Shown: in pieces, positions 10,304 to 20,203 of the stretch
How positions within the stretch are numbered: position 1 is the stretch's first letter
Layout of the letters: every line of letters begins with the position of its first letter
Virus record (IMG/VR): IMGVR_UViG_3300037319_000172
Span: 45,614 to 109,613 of that record
From: a virus
Direction: 5' to 3' (one strand)
DNA: 64,000 nt
Program-made: the position numbers and the translations under genes
Notes under the pieces: model-generated
The model's input: only the letters and a program-made list of their open reading frames with translations
Databases searched by the model: none
What the model was told of the DNA's origin: nothing

Positions 10304-11314
10304 TTATTTTACAGAAAACATTTCCATTGGTTGCCTGCCAGTTTGCTTTTGAAATGCACGGACAGGTGTTTTGTATCCTTTCTTTTTATAATATTTTATT
10401 AAATTTTCTTTAGTTGATTTAAAAGAATCTACAATAGTAATGGTTCCGCTATATGTTTTCTTATGTTTGTCATTATCTACAAGTTTATATTTACTACTTT
10501 CAGTATCTAATACACCACTCGAATACAATAATGCACCGTTGTCACAAACAGAAACATAAGCACTATCATTGAATATACCCCATCCGAATTTAGTTTTACC
10601 TGTAGTTGCTGGTATGCTACCAATTGGTATTACGTATAATGGCAATACACCGCCTAGATCTGTAATTACATTTATTACGTCATCTGCATATTTTTTTAAA
10701 ATAAGTTGATCAATAATGTCGTAAAATGTTAATGGAATACTTTCATCAGCATTTACGTATATCTTATTTGCTGTTTTACGAGAAACAGTACATACTATTA
10801 CTTCATTTTCCTCTTCTATTCCATCTTTATCACCTTCGATAATACCGAAATCCATTAATTCACCATTAACTTTAAGTTTAAAGCTAATTTGCTTTCTATA
10901 ATTTTCGTTAGGATCAAGAATACGCATAATATCTCCATTAAGAGTACCAATACTATCTGAAGTGTAATACTCCATACTACCCCATGTCAACTCATGATCA
11001 GCACTTAATTTATGCTTTAATTTAGTAATCTTTTTAACGTCTGTTTTATCCCAATCATTTGCTTTGACTGTTTTTGGACCAAACGCAGATGCTTCATTAA
11101 TAGGTTGTTCCGTTATTGCTTCTTCCTGCTCTTCTACTTTAAAAGTTTCACCTTCAAATTCAAATTCAGAATCTCCAGCTTCTTTAGCCTTTCTAACTGC
11201 GTCCCCAAATGCGTTACCTTCTTCTACTTCTTCCTCTTCGTGCTTAGTTCCTTTATGTTCAAGAGTTTGTTGCTTCTTGATAGAAAACTCTTCGAATGAT
11301 TTTAATTTTGCCAT
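10304..11314 (-). CDS. Putative internal head protein
   Basis: MAKLKSFEEF leader, Glu-rich N-terminal region with EGNAF..AVRKAKEAG..EFEFEG motif, ending ...INEA. Confidence 0.55.
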   Translation of the reverse strand: MAKLKSFEEFSIKKQQTLEHKGTKHEEEEVEEGNAFGDAVRKAKEAGDSEFEFEGETFKVEEQEEAITEQPINEASAFGPKTVKANDWDKTDVKKITKLKHKLSADHELTWGSMEYYTSDSIGTLNGDIMRILDPNENYRKQISFKLKVNGELMDFGIIEGDKDGIEEENEVIVCTVSRKTANKIYVNADESIPLTFYDIIDQLILKKYADDVINVITDLGGVLPLYVIPIGSIPATTGKTKFGWGIFNDSAYVSVCDNGALLYSSGVLDTESSKYKLVDNDKHKKTYSGTITIVDSFKSTKENLIKYYKKKGYKTPVRAFQKQTGRQPMEMFSVK

Positions 11315-11347
11315 AATATATTTGTTTTTATTACTTTATATATATAT

Positions 11348-11695
11348 CTATAATATCTTATTGACTTTTAATATCAACTGAGTGGTTCCTGGAATCAATC
11401 TATGTATAACTCCTACTGGTATTTTAACATCAACACCTCTTAATAATTCAACCGGTAATTCATTATCATATTGAAATCTCCAATCATTATCTTCTAATAC
11501 TTCGAGTATTCGAGTCTCATCATCGGCATGCCATTTATAAAGGTAATCAGGATATCCTGTTTCAAATGTTCTAATAACTATAGAATCTGATATGATGTGT
11601 TCAGTAAATGGTTTGGTTTGGTCATTTATATTAGACACAAGTTGTTCCATCGTCATATCACCACACTTACATGATTTACATTTACAATCTACCAT
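11348..11695 (-). CDS. Cupin-like protein
   Basis: WHADDE...W.FQ.D...IP.G.IHRLI cupin-type motifs. Confidence 0.6.
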   Translation of the reverse strand: MVDCKCKSCKCGDMTMEQLVSNINDQTKPFTEHIISDSIVIRTFETGYPDYLYKWHADDETRILEVLEDNDWRFQYDNELPVELLRGVDVKIPVGVIHRLIPGTTQLILKVNKIL

Positions 11696-12228
11696 GGGTT
11701 ATCGCTTTTAAGTCCTAATTGCTTTCCAAAAAGTGTAGGCCCATAACATGCCCAGAATCCAGCTTTCATTGGATCCATCTTTTTAGTTTGATCACATTGA
11801 TGTCTAGCCCAAAAACTAGCAGCCTTTCCTGCATCATCGTTTTTAACTGTAAGATTAGGATCTCCCCACTCTACTTTCTTTGCTAATACATTTCCTTCTT
11901 TGTCCTTTCTACCGCCGTCTCTATATACTATAAACTTCTTACCTCCTCCTCTTTCTGGAGAATCTAATTTTACTTTAACTGTTTTTCCTCCTCTTGGAGT
12001 ATATAGTGCAGGTTTACCTACATCTAGATTTTTAGCCATCCATCCGCTAGGTCCTTTAAGAATAACATTATTCTTGTCCCAATACTGTTTTACTTCTTCA
12101 AACAACTTTGAATAAGAATCGCTTCCTAATCTAAAAAAAGAAGTAGTAAGATCTAAATCTTCTTTAATATGTGCCTTTAGCTCCGGAGATACGTTATCCC
12201 AATCTTCAAATGTTTTTATAAATTTCAT
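11689..12228 (-). CDS. Putative internal head protein, conserved T4-like phage domain (DUF6321-like)
   Basis: MKFIKTFEDW leader; KKF.VY...KV.WGDPN....SFWARH.C...AGFWAC. Confidence 0.6.
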   Translation of the reverse strand: MKFIKTFEDWDNVSPELKAHIKEDLDLTTSFFRLGSDSYSKLFEEVKQYWDKNNVILKGPSGWMAKNLDVGKPALYTPRGGKTVKVKLDSPERGGGKKFIVYRDGGRKDKEGNVLAKKVEWGDPNLTVKNDDAGKAASFWARHQCDQTKKMDPMKAGFWACYGPTLFGKQLGLKSDNPW

Positions 12229-12237
12229 ACTAGTATT

Positions 12238-12540
12238 TTATTTCATGTTATCTATTAAGTCCTGTCTTCCTAATTGTTTATAAACTTCTTTACGAACCTT
12301 TTCCATCTTCTCAGCATACTTTGGATCTTCTTTACGATTAAACACAACCTGCTGTGTTAATGATCCACTTATCTTTTTAACATCTTTATCACGAGTCTTT
12401 ATTAACCATGCTGCTAAATCCTTGATACCTAAATCCTTGAATCTTCCTTCAGCCTCAGGAGCATCTGACTTATGAAAGTCAGGAGCACCTGCTGGTTTCT
12501 TTTCATTTAAATATTCCTCAAATATTTTTATAAATTTCAT
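12238..12540 (-). CDS. Putative internal head protein
   Basis: MKFIKIFEEYLNE leader. Confidence 0.6.
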   Translation of the reverse strand: MKFIKIFEEYLNEKKPAGAPDFHKSDAPEAEGRFKDLGIKDLAAWLIKTRDKDVKKISGSLTQQVVFNRKEDPKYAEKMEKVRKEVYKQLGRQDLIDNMK

Positions 12541-12541
12541 A

Positions 12542-13003
12542 TTATTCTTTTTCTGGTTTCCATGGAAGTTTAGAATCTTTACCAGAGTCTCTCACTTCTT
12601 TCGCTAGATCTTTGTCTGCGTTTTGCCAAGTTCCTTTTCCTTTGTCTAAGAATGCATTAACTCTAGCATATCCCCATGCTTCCTGTGGTACTCCAGGGTG
12701 GTGGCTTGAATTCCAAGCTCCCATTCCTCTTCGCATTACAGCTCTTATAATTCCTATTGGTACTCCAGAGCTTTTAGCTTTTTTATCAAGAGCAGTGTTT
12801 ACTCCTTTTCCAGCAAGTTTTGCTCTAGAAGTTGTTTTCTCTTTGTCTTCAGCCTCACCGATAAAATTAGGCGTGTTATCATGATTACATTTATGACATA
12901 AAAATACATCATTACCCCCATCTTGAATTTTCCAATCCCATCCGCAACCGTCACACGTTATAGTGTTAACTGTGAATTCTTCAAATAATTGCAAATACTT
13001 CAT
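12542..13003 (-). CDS. Zn-ribbon plus DUF5824-like protein, putative internal head protein
   Basis: MKYLQLFEEF leader; CxxC..CxxC; KKAKSSG.P...V.RRGMGAW..SH.PG...AW.YARVNAF. Confidence 0.6.
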   Translation of the reverse strand: MKYLQLFEEFTVNTITCDGCGWDWKIQDGGNDVFLCHKCNHDNTPNFIGEAEDKEKTTSRAKLAGKGVNTALDKKAKSSGVPIGIIRAVMRRGMGAWNSSHHPGVPQEAWGYARVNAFLDKGKGTWQNADKDLAKEVRDSGKDSKLPWKPEKE

Positions 13004-13803
13004 TATAATTCCTTTTCTATTTTTTTGTTTAGCTTAATAATTTCTTTATTGTTTGATACTATACTTTCTTCTTTTGACTCTACATTAAAATATTTCCAAC
13101 TTTTAATAAGTTGCAATTTACGATCTAACTGTGCCTTATCGAATTTACTTTCATCAAAATCGTAGTTTTTATCTGCACCGTTCTTAACAACTCCAGCCCA
13201 TGTGTATATTACAAAATCATCATCTTTATTTTGAACTTCCTGCCAAACATCCTCATCAGTTAATTTTGAATTCCTTTGTAAATCTACTGTTAGTCTTTCG
13301 ATTCTTTCTTTTTTTCTAATAACCTCTGTATTTAATTTTTCTAATTTAGATAACTTTTTAATTCTAGCAGAATAAGCCTTAGACCTTTCGCTTCTACCAG
13401 TTACTGGAAGATTCGTTTTAGTAATATATCTATAGTGTCTTACTTGAATTTGTCCACTTGCAATAATTACATCAGTTTCTAATCTATATCCTTTATCCTC
13501 TCTTAATACTCCTGCATTTATTTTCATAGTACCATTCCTTCCTCGAGATGTATTGATATCTGTAAGAGTATCTGTTGGTAGTGTGTATTTTTCTAAAGAT
13601 TTAAGTAGATTTAATGTTATATCCAATCGAGTGCTTTCTGCGTCTAGCTTAGAGAACTCTCTTTTCATTTCGTGAGTATAGTAGTGTTCAACATCCTTAA
13701 TCATTTTAAGAATGTTAGGTTCTATTGCTGATAATATAGAATCTATTAAGTCGTTTGACTTAGATTCGTTTAAAAATTGATCGTATGTTTTAATTCTATT
13801 CAT
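13003..13803 (-). CDS. Putative internal head protein
   Basis: MNRIKTYDQFLNES leader; coiled-coil C-terminus. Confidence 0.55.
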   Translation of the reverse strand: MNRIKTYDQFLNESKSNDLIDSILSAIEPNILKMIKDVEHYYTHEMKREFSKLDAESTRLDITLNLLKSLEKYTLPTDTLTDINTSRGRNGTMKINAGVLREDKGYRLETDVIIASGQIQVRHYRYITKTNLPVTGRSERSKAYSARIKKLSKLEKLNTEVIRKKERIERLTVDLQRNSKLTDEDVWQEVQNKDDDFVIYTWAGVVKNGADKNYDFDESKFDKAQLDRKLQLIKSWKYFNVESKEESIVSNNKEIIKLNKKIEKEL

Positions 13804-13813
13804 GTAGTATATA

Positions 13814-14743
13814 TTAAGATAAAATTAGCTCATTCATGAATTCTTTTCTGTATTTGATTAAAGCTAATTCTTTTGCTTTAACTTCTAGTTCTATATCAAT
13901 ATCCATGTTATAAGTTTCAATTTTTTCATAAATATAATCAGCATGAGCTCTTAGTATAACTGAATCATCTTCGTGTAATTTTTTTGAAGAAGAATAGTGA
14001 CATAGTTGACGAATGCCGGCTGGCCATGTTTTAGCACATAATTCTAATGCATCTTTTTCAGGCATTGGATCTTCATAACATCTATGGTGGTGGTAATCAA
14101 ACGTGATTGGAGTGCCACATGATTCGAATATTCTATATAAATCTTCTACGCCGTATTGAGAAGGCTTGTCATCATTTTCTAGAACCAATCTTGTTTTAAC
14201 AGTTTCAGGTAAACTTGGCCATACATCTATAAATCTTTGTATTGCAGCTTCTTTATCGCCATAAGAACCGCCAACGTGTATATTCATAGCAGAGTTATGA
14301 TCTCTAGCAAATCCCATTAAATCCATGATTTCGCCAGACTTACGCAATTCATTGATAGCACTTACAACAACTTTAGGAGTTGGACTTACTAGCACGCAGA
14401 ATTGACCAGGATGAAACGTTAATCTTTGGCCGTATGATCTTGCTAAAGTACCTGCACCTTTAAGTAGGTTTTTAATAACTGTATAGTTTGGCATTTCGCT
14501 GAATTCGTATTCACTCATCCAAGGAAACATACTAGAACTCATTCGATACATTGTAATTCCTTGTGAATGATTCCACTTTATAATTTCAATAAGATCTCGA
14601 AGGTTAGCTTCAGCTAATTCACTTGCATATTTTATACCTTTGGCAGTAAATGTACGTTTGATCATACTTCTACCTATTTTAATATCTTTTTCTTTTTGGA
14701 GAGTTAAATTAATACAACAATATCCGTAGTCTGCTTTTCCCAT
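13814..14743 (-). CDS. uvsE: UV-damage endonuclease (UvsE/UVDE)
   Basis: GYCCIN, YRMSS.MFPW, HPGQF, NIHVGG, LENDDK, FDYHHH, HAD, ELEVKAKE. Confidence 0.93.
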   Translation of the reverse strand: MGKADYGYCCINLTLQKEKDIKIGRSMIKRTFTAKGIKYASELAEANLRDLIEIIKWNHSQGITMYRMSSSMFPWMSEYEFSEMPNYTVIKNLLKGAGTLARSYGQRLTFHPGQFCVLVSPTPKVVVSAINELRKSGEIMDLMGFARDHNSAMNIHVGGSYGDKEAAIQRFIDVWPSLPETVKTRLVLENDDKPSQYGVEDLYRIFESCGTPITFDYHHHRCYEDPMPEKDALELCAKTWPAGIRQLCHYSSSKKLHEDDSVILRAHADYIYEKIETYNMDIDIELEVKAKELALIKYRKEFMNELILS

Positions 14744-14752
14744 GTTTTGATG

Positions 14753-14793
14753 TTTATTAGTTATATGTAAATATAATACTTTTAATTGATATA
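14753..14793 (-). promoter_or_regulatory. Class E (early-type) promoter motif
   Basis: TATCAATTAAAAGTATTATATTTACATATAACTAATAAA upstream of uvsE. Confidence 0.75.
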
Positions 14794-14810
14794 CGAAAAT
14801 AAAGAGTGAT

Positions 14811-15071
14811 TTAATCTACGTATTCTGATACGTTTTCTAATGTAAACCATTTTTTAGGTCTTCCGTCTATTTGTTTAAACTGATTATATTCTGATTCTGA
14901 ATATGCGTAAGCTGCTGCCGCAAAGAATCCGTTATCTACTACGCATACCATGTTTTCTATGAATGCAGAATCATCAACATGAATCGCTCCCATTTTTGAT
15001 AGCTTTTCACATTTTGAATTGAATGAACTTCCTAATTGAATTCCTTTGATTTGATTTACGTATTTTCCCAT
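14811..15071 (-). CDS. Hypothetical phage protein
   Basis: 86-aa ORF, VCVVDNGFF.AA.YAY. Confidence 0.65.
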   Translation of the reverse strand: MGKYVNQIKGIQLGSSFNSKCEKLSKMGAIHVDDSAFIENMVCVVDNGFFAAAAYAYSESEYNQFKQIDGRPKKWFTLENVSEYVD

Positions 15072-15081
15072 GTTTTTTTGT

Positions 15082-15420
15082 TTATTTTAAATTATTTTTA
15101 CGGTAATTAGCAACTGACTTAATAATAATTTCTAATCTTGTATCAGGGTTATGTTCTAATACTCTTATAGTATTCATATAGTTACCATACTCTGATTTTA
15201 CCAACCTTTGCTTATTTAATTGGTAAATTACGCGTTGTTTGCTTTTAGTATAATATGATGTATGTGTATAAGATCTTCTAACGTATCCAGATGCGTAGCT
15301 TAAATAATTAACATCCATAAGAACATCACTGAAACATCTAGTTCCATTTTTCTTTTGTGTTTTTGATGTAGTTTCAACTAATTTAATAGAGTGTAATTTG
15401 GTGTTTAAGTAATTTTGCAT
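15082..15420 (-). CDS. Hypothetical early protein
   Basis: 112-aa ORF directly after a class E promoter. Confidence 0.65.
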   Translation of the reverse strand: MQNYLNTKLHSIKLVETTSKTQKKNGTRCFSDVLMDVNYLSYASGYVRRSYTHTSYYTKSKQRVIYQLNKQRLVKSEYGNYMNTIRVLEHNPDTRLEIIIKSVANYRKNNLK

Positions 15421-15430
15421 AATATGATTG

Positions 15431-15470
15431 TTATTAGTTATAAGTAAATATAATCATTTTATATGATATA
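15431..15470 (-). promoter_or_regulatory. Class E promoter motif
   Basis: TATCATATAAAATGATTATATTTACTTATAACTAATAA. Confidence 0.75.
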
Positions 15471-15497
15471 CGAAAATCCTAGGACTATACTTTTGTT

Positions 15498-15516
15498 ATT
15501 TATAATCATTATAGAT
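15498..15516. promoter_or_regulatory. Palindromic operator (Fur/PerR-like box)
   Basis: ATTTATAATCATTATAGAT; 13-bp core 33 nt from the promoter TATC element. Confidence 0.65.
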
Positions 15517-15526
15517 AAGACTGCAT

Positions 15527-15549
15527 AAAAAAAGGGACCGAAGTCCCTG
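15527..15549 (-). terminator. Intrinsic terminator with UUCG tetraloop
   Basis: agggac-ttcg-gtccc-ttttttt. Confidence 0.85.
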
Positions 15550-15567
15550 ATCGACTGGCAGTCAATC

Positions 15568-15912
15568 TTATTTCCAAAAAACCTGGATGCATAATATACC
15601 AAATGATAATATTATACACAGTAGTGTTTTCGTTGTTATTCCCTCATCCATCATAAAGTAAGTTATCGTGGTAAAAGTAATAATTCCACATGCGAATCCA
15701 ATAAACCTGCCTGGCCATATAGATCCATCGTAGTATTCTGCAACGTATCTAGTGGCATATATAAAAATATAGCTTATTATTGTTCCACCTGTTATAGATA
15801 ATATAATTGGATTCCTTTTAAACCAAGGCCATATAAATTGACCGTTAGTTTGAAACCAAATGAGCGCCTGTGCTAGCGTGAACAGCGCAACTCCAGTTAT
15901 TAATCCTCTCAT
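15568..15912 (-). CDS. Small 4-TM membrane protein (SMR/DMT-like)
   Basis: 114 aa with four hydrophobic segments. Confidence 0.55.
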   Translation of the reverse strand: MRGLITGVALFTLAQALIWFQTNGQFIWPWFKRNPIILSITGGTIISYIFIYATRYVAEYYDGSIWPGRFIGFACGIITFTTITYFMMDEGITTKTLLCIILSFGILCIQVFWK

Positions 15913-16551
15913 TTAAAATAATTCCCCTGATGTGGTTAGTAGATGAGATATGAAACTATCTCTATGGTGTATATTTGATCCTGTTTCTCTAATCGCAGTT
16001 ATATGTTGTTTAGTACCGTATCCTTTATTTGAATTCCAGCCATATATCATGAATTCTTCATTTTCGCTTAATTCTTTCATTAAAGAATCTCTTCCAGTTT
16101 TAGCAAGAATAGAAGCTGCTGCAATTGATGTGTATTTATTATCACCACCGACTATTGTCTCAAACGGAACTCCATCATATCCATGAAATTGATCTCCGTC
16201 TACTAATATAAAATCAAATTGTTTTTCGTTTTTATCTAGATTTACTAAACATCTTCGCATTCCTTCTAGAGTTGCTCTAAGAATATTCATATGTTCTATG
16301 TCTTTTACATCGACATGTTCTACATGATACGCTATTGCATTCTCTAAAACGATTTCACGAGCTAGTTTTCTTTCCTTTTCGTTAAGAAGTTTTGAGTCTT
16401 TAATTAATGGATGTTGAAAATTATGAGGCATTATACAAGCAGCAACAGTAACGGGGCCCGCTAGAGCGCCTCTTCCTGCCTCATCAATTCCAACTTCTGT
16501 TATTGTTATATCTTTATTGAATGATCCTTTTAGTAAGATGTGTTTAGACAT
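15913..16551 (-). CDS. rnhB: Ribonuclease HII
   Basis: GIDEAGRGALAGPV, DSK, VDG, GD....IAAASILAK, NKGYGTK.H. Confidence 0.95.
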   Translation of the reverse strand: MSKHILLKGSFNKDITITEVGIDEAGRGALAGPVTVAACIMPHNFQHPLIKDSKLLNEKERKLAREIVLENAIAYHVEHVDVKDIEHMNILRATLEGMRRCLVNLDKNEKQFDFILVDGDQFHGYDGVPFETIVGGDNKYTSIAAASILAKTGRDSLMKELSENEEFMIYGWNSNKGYGTKQHITAIRETGSNIHHRDSFISHLLTTSGELF

Positions 16552-16597
16552 ATATAGTTATTTTAGATATTATACTTAAATATCTGGAATAGTTTAC

Positions 16598-17314
16598 TTA
16601 TTCGTTGTCTAATTTCCATTTATCATACCTTTTAACTACATCTATAAGAATTTTAGCTCTTACGATATCTTTTTCAGTAAATGCGTGGTGTCCAATTCCT
16701 TTAATACCTTTCATTAATTCTGTAAAAGGTTCTATTCCTGCAGAATTCTTAGATATATCATATTGACTCACATCACCTGTTATGATCACTTTAGAAGTCT
16801 TTCCCATTCTGGTAACAAATAACATTAACTGTTTAAATGTTGCATTCTGTGCTTCATCAAGTATCATCAGTGAGTCGTCATACGTGTCTCCTCTCATAAA
16901 TGCTAAAGGTCTAAATTGTATTATCTCAGACTGTACTAATTGTTCTGTTAGAACTGGTCCTATTATTTTAGTTAAGTTAGAAATATATGATTGCATATAT
17001 GGATCTATTTTTTCTCCGATATCTCCTGGAAGAAATCCTAACTTTTCTCCAGCCTCTTGAATAGGCTTACATAAAATAATGTTTTTGATTTTGTTATCTG
17101 CAAATAATTTTAATGCAGCGTAACATGCTGTGAATGTTTTTGAAGTTCCAGCAGGACCTGAACAAAAGGTTATATCATTCTCTAATATATTTTGTAGATA
17201 CGCTTTTTGAGATTGTCTTAATTGCGCTTTTATATCTGCTGGTTTAATAATGACTTTACGTCTGTTAATTCTGTTGTTATCGTTTCCGTTTGTGTTTTCA
17301 GAATTCTTCTTCAT
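16598..17314 (-). CDS. phoH: PhoH-family ATPase
   Basis: GPAGTSKT, LGFLPGD, RGDT, LDEAQN, GDVSQYD. Confidence 0.93.
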   Translation of the reverse strand: MKKNSENTNGNDNNRINRRKVIIKPADIKAQLRQSQKAYLQNILENDITFCSGPAGTSKTFTACYAALKLFADNKIKNIILCKPIQEAGEKLGFLPGDIGEKIDPYMQSYISNLTKIIGPVLTEQLVQSEIIQFRPLAFMRGDTYDDSLMILDEAQNATFKQLMLFVTRMGKTSKVIITGDVSQYDISKNSAGIEPFTELMKGIKGIGHHAFTEKDIVRAKILIDVVKRYDKWKLDNE

Positions 17315-17333
17315 ATAATGTTAGTTGTTATGT

Positions 17334-17591
17334 TTAATCCCCTGCCATTTCGACAAGTTCTTTCAATTTCATTAATTTATCGCACTTCTCATACTCTTCC
17401 AATCTTTCGAAATACTGAACTAAGATATCGATAAATTCGCTTCTTTGTCCAATACCGTGAGGTATCTCGATTATATCATTTCCCTCTTTGAAAACGACAA
17501 ATCTATTCACTGTCTTTGTGAAGTTACGTGTTATTGTGTAATACGAAGATCTCATTAAAGAGTCTCTGTCTTCTCCTAGGATATCTTTCAT
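17334..17591 (-). CDS. Small UVR/M-domain-like protein
   Basis: C-terminal YFERLEEYEKCDKL. Confidence 0.6.
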   Translation of the reverse strand: MKDILGEDRDSLMRSSYYTITRNFTKTVNRFVVFKEGNDIIEIPHGIGQRSEFIDILVQYFERLEEYEKCDKLMKLKELVEMAGD

Positions 17592-17699
17592 TTGATTGAT
17601 TTATTTTTATACTCTGCCATTATATTCTATATATTAAGTAGTGCCTTGTGGTACTGACATAATATGAATTAAAGTATAATGATATTATATTATCAAATG

Positions 17700-17888
17700 T
17701 TATTCCTGGTTATTAAATTTGTTTTCAACGTACTTTGCTTTTTGCATTTTAGTACGCTTCTCGACTGAAGGTTTCGTATAATCTTTTCCTTCTCTAAGGG
17801 CTTTAGTTTGCCCTGTTCTGTTTACTTTATATTTGAATGACTTTAAAGCCTTTTCAATGTTTCCTTTTTCTACTTTTATTATTAACAT
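17700..17888 (-). CDS. rpsU: Ribosomal protein bS21 (Bacteroidota-type)
   Basis: MLII....NIEKALK.FK.K...TG....LRE...Y.KPSV.KR...QKA.Y. Confidence 0.88.
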   Translation of the reverse strand: MLIIKVEKGNIEKALKSFKYKVNRTGQTKALREGKDYTKPSVEKRTKMQKAKYVENKFNNQE

Positions 17889-18136
17889 TCTAGTTTGTCA
17901 ATGATTTTTTTAATATTAGAACATTTCTCATATTCCTCGCATCCTTTAAAAAAGTTTAATATGTTAGTTAACGCTTCAACCTTCTCTAAAGGATCTGTGT
18001 TACTTTTAATAGCTCGATCTTCGTCATTAATAACTGCATTGTAAATCATGTTCATCATTGTTTCTTTGGAACCTTCCTGCAGATTTTCAATTCTGTTTGA
18101 ATCATTACCATCGTATGTGTCATCTAGCTCATGCAT
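17882..18136 (-). CDS. Small UVR/M-domain-like protein
   Basis: FFKGCEEYEKCSNIKK; overlaps dnaJ stop and rpsU start. Confidence 0.6.
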   Translation of the reverse strand: MHELDDTYDGNDSNRIENLQEGSKETMMNMIYNAVINDEDRAIKSNTDPLEKVEALTNILNFFKGCEEYEKCSNIKKIIDKLEC

Positions 18137-18923
18137 TGTCTAACTCTTTAATTTTTTTAATGTGTTCTAATTGTTTTTCGTTTAATGTAATATTTGATGT
18201 TCTTAATTTAACCATCAAATTACCGTATTGGTTGGTATTATATATCGGAAATCCCATACCAACAATTCTTAAAATTTTACCATCAAATGAGTTCTTAGGT
18301 ACCTTTATCTTTACGCTATTAACTTTAGTTGTAACTGTAAAGTCTCCTCCTAATAACATATCATAGAACGGCATATTATAATCTAACCATATATCTCCAT
18401 TAGTTACTATCATCTCAGGATCAGGCATTATATTCATTATTAGAATAGCGTCTCCGTGTGGAGCTCCTGTATTTATAGGATGTGGCATTCCCTTTCCATT
18501 CAATTTTAGTCTTGCTCCTTCATGAATTCCTTTAGGAATTCTTACATTGAAAACGTTTTGACCTGTATTTATTTTTCTAGTTGTACCACTAAATACTTCT
18601 TCTAATGTAAGTTTTATTCTAAAGGTAATATCGTTTCCTCTAGCTCTTTGATTAAAAACATCATCGAACATATTTGAAAAGCCTCCATTGTTGTTTCGAA
18701 ACATGTCATAAAAACCAGAATTGCTTTCGATACTATTTTTAATATCGTATTCTTTTTTCTTGGTTGAGTCGTTTAAAGTATCGTAAGCTTCAGATATCTT
18801 TTTAAATTTATCCTCAGATCCTCCCACATCAGGATGGTGCTTCTTGACTAAGTTTCTGTAAGACTTTTTAATCTCACTAGCAGATGCCTCCTTATTTATA
18901 CCAAGAACCTCATAGTAACTCAT
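18129..18923 (-). CDS. dnaJ: DnaJ/CbpA-type co-chaperone (no Zn finger)
   Basis: YYEVLG..HPD J-domain plus DnaJ C-terminal domains (G..LKL.GKGMP, G.L.V). Confidence 0.9.
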   Translation of the reverse strand: MSYYEVLGINKEASASEIKKSYRNLVKKHHPDVGGSEDKFKKISEAYDTLNDSTKKKEYDIKNSIESNSGFYDMFRNNNGGFSNMFDDVFNQRARGNDITFRIKLTLEEVFSGTTRKINTGQNVFNVRIPKGIHEGARLKLNGKGMPHPINTGAPHGDAILIMNIMPDPEMIVTNGDIWLDYNMPFYDMLLGGDFTVTTKVNSVKIKVPKNSFDGKILRIVGMGFPIYNTNQYGNLMVKLRTSNITLNEKQLEHIKKIKELDNA

Positions 18924-18925
18924 TA

Positions 18926-19099
18926 CTATTTGTCTTCTTTAGTTGGAGCAGGTCTCTGTTGTTTTGCAGGTTTCTTTGATTTGTTAGCTTCTTTAATTTG
19001 ATTTCTCTTAAAGTTAACGTCTCTTTTCTGAGAATTCTCCATAAGTTGAGCTATTCTCTCTAATGATACTGCGATTCTTTCTACTTGTTCTTCTGTCAT
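18926..19099 (-). CDS. Small hypothetical protein (57 aa, not in ORF track)
   Basis: MTEEQVERIAVSLERIAQLM...; GATATATA at 19107-19114; abuts dnaJ. Confidence 0.6.
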   Translation of the reverse strand: MTEEQVERIAVSLERIAQLMENSQKRDVNFKRNQIKEANKSKKPAKQQRPAPTKEDK

Positions 19100-19122
19100 G
19101 GTTTATTATATATCTTATATTG

Positions 19123-19392
19123 TTACTGGAACAATTCCATTTTCTTTTTAAGCTTTGCACACTTTTCGTATTCCTCTAATTCCTGAAAGTAAAACATAGT
19201 CTCTTCTATAATGTTTAGAATGATATCGGGATCCCGTGTTTTATCCGCGTCGATTCCATGTTTGATTATAGCGTCATAGTTAGCGCGTGCAAGGCGGTCC
19301 TTGAGGTTCTCGAGGTGATCGATGTCTTCTTGTGTAGGTTCTTCATTTTCGTAATCCTCATTAAAGTCTTGTTCAAATTCAAAATCGTCCAT
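19123..19392 (-). CDS. Small acidic UVR/M-domain-like protein
   Basis: YFQELEEYEKCAKLKK; has its own class E promoter. Confidence 0.62.
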   Translation of the reverse strand: MDDFEFEQDFNEDYENEEPTQEDIDHLENLKDRLARANYDAIIKHGIDADKTRDPDIILNIIEETMFYFQELEEYEKCAKLKKKMELFQ

Positions 19393-19402
19393 GTTGTATG
19401 TG

Positions 19403-19443
19403 TTTATTAATTATAAGTAAATATAATCATTTTAATTGATATA
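19403..19443 (-). promoter_or_regulatory. Class E promoter motif
   Basis: TATCAATTAAAATGATTATATTTACTTATAATTAATAAA. Confidence 0.75.
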
Positions 19444-19475
19444 AAAAAATCCTGGTGAAAAACTTTCATTTATTT

Positions 19476-20201
19476 TTAAATAATTTCCATGTTTGACATT
19501 TTTAACATGACATTCATGGTAGCTTTTACATCTCCTTCGCAATATTTCATAATGTTCTCTATATTACCATTCCAATAGTGTTCAGAAACTTCGTAGTTTT
19601 TCATAGCATCTTTTGGTGATGGTATATTAAATAGATTACAAATCAAATCTAATGATGAACTGTTATATCCACCGAACTTCCAAATTTCATATGTATCTAA
19701 TAGACAGTTTTCCCATGGTTTCTGTTTTTGAAAGTGAAACATAGTAGGCGGCATTATACCATTTACTAAGGATCTCTTTACAATCCAAGGCATATCGAAT
19801 TTCTTTATGTTATGTCCTATTAGTTTTACACTAGGATTTTTATTAAATACTGCACGCATAGTTCCGTTAAACTCTTCTAGTATTTTATTTTCATCTTCTC
19901 CATAAAAAGATTTAATCTTAGAACCTATTGGCATTCCTATTTCATCAAAAGAAATCTGACCTATAGAAATAGTATTAATCTTTCCGAATTCAGCGTGAAT
20001 GCTTGCATTCTTTTCATATAGTTCGGCGTCTGTTAAGCCTTCATGTCCTTCTTCATATTTTCGAATACTCTCAGCTTTCTTTAACCAAAGATCGTGTAAT
20101 CCTTCGTTTGCATTCTTTTTTAAATCCGATAAGGTTTTGTATTGTGAGCATGTTTCTATATCAATAAATAACATTCCCTTTAGTTCACTTGAATTATACA
20201 T
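19476..20201 (-). CDS. 3'-5' exonuclease (PolB-exonuclease-like)
   Basis: FIDIET, GHNIKKFD, KPWE..LDT, SL.L...F.IPSPK, YCEGDV. Confidence 0.85.
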   Translation of the reverse strand: MYNSSELKGMLFIDIETCSQYKTLSDLKKNANEGLHDLWLKKAESIRKYEEGHEGLTDAELYEKNASIHAEFGKINTISIGQISFDEIGMPIGSKIKSFYGEDENKILEEFNGTMRAVFNKNPSVKLIGHNIKKFDMPWIVKRSLVNGIMPPTMFHFQKQKPWENCLLDTYEIWKFGGYNSSSLDLICNLFNIPSPKDAMKNYEVSEHYWNGNIENIMKYCEGDVKATMNVMLKMSNMEII

Positions 20202-20203
20202 GT

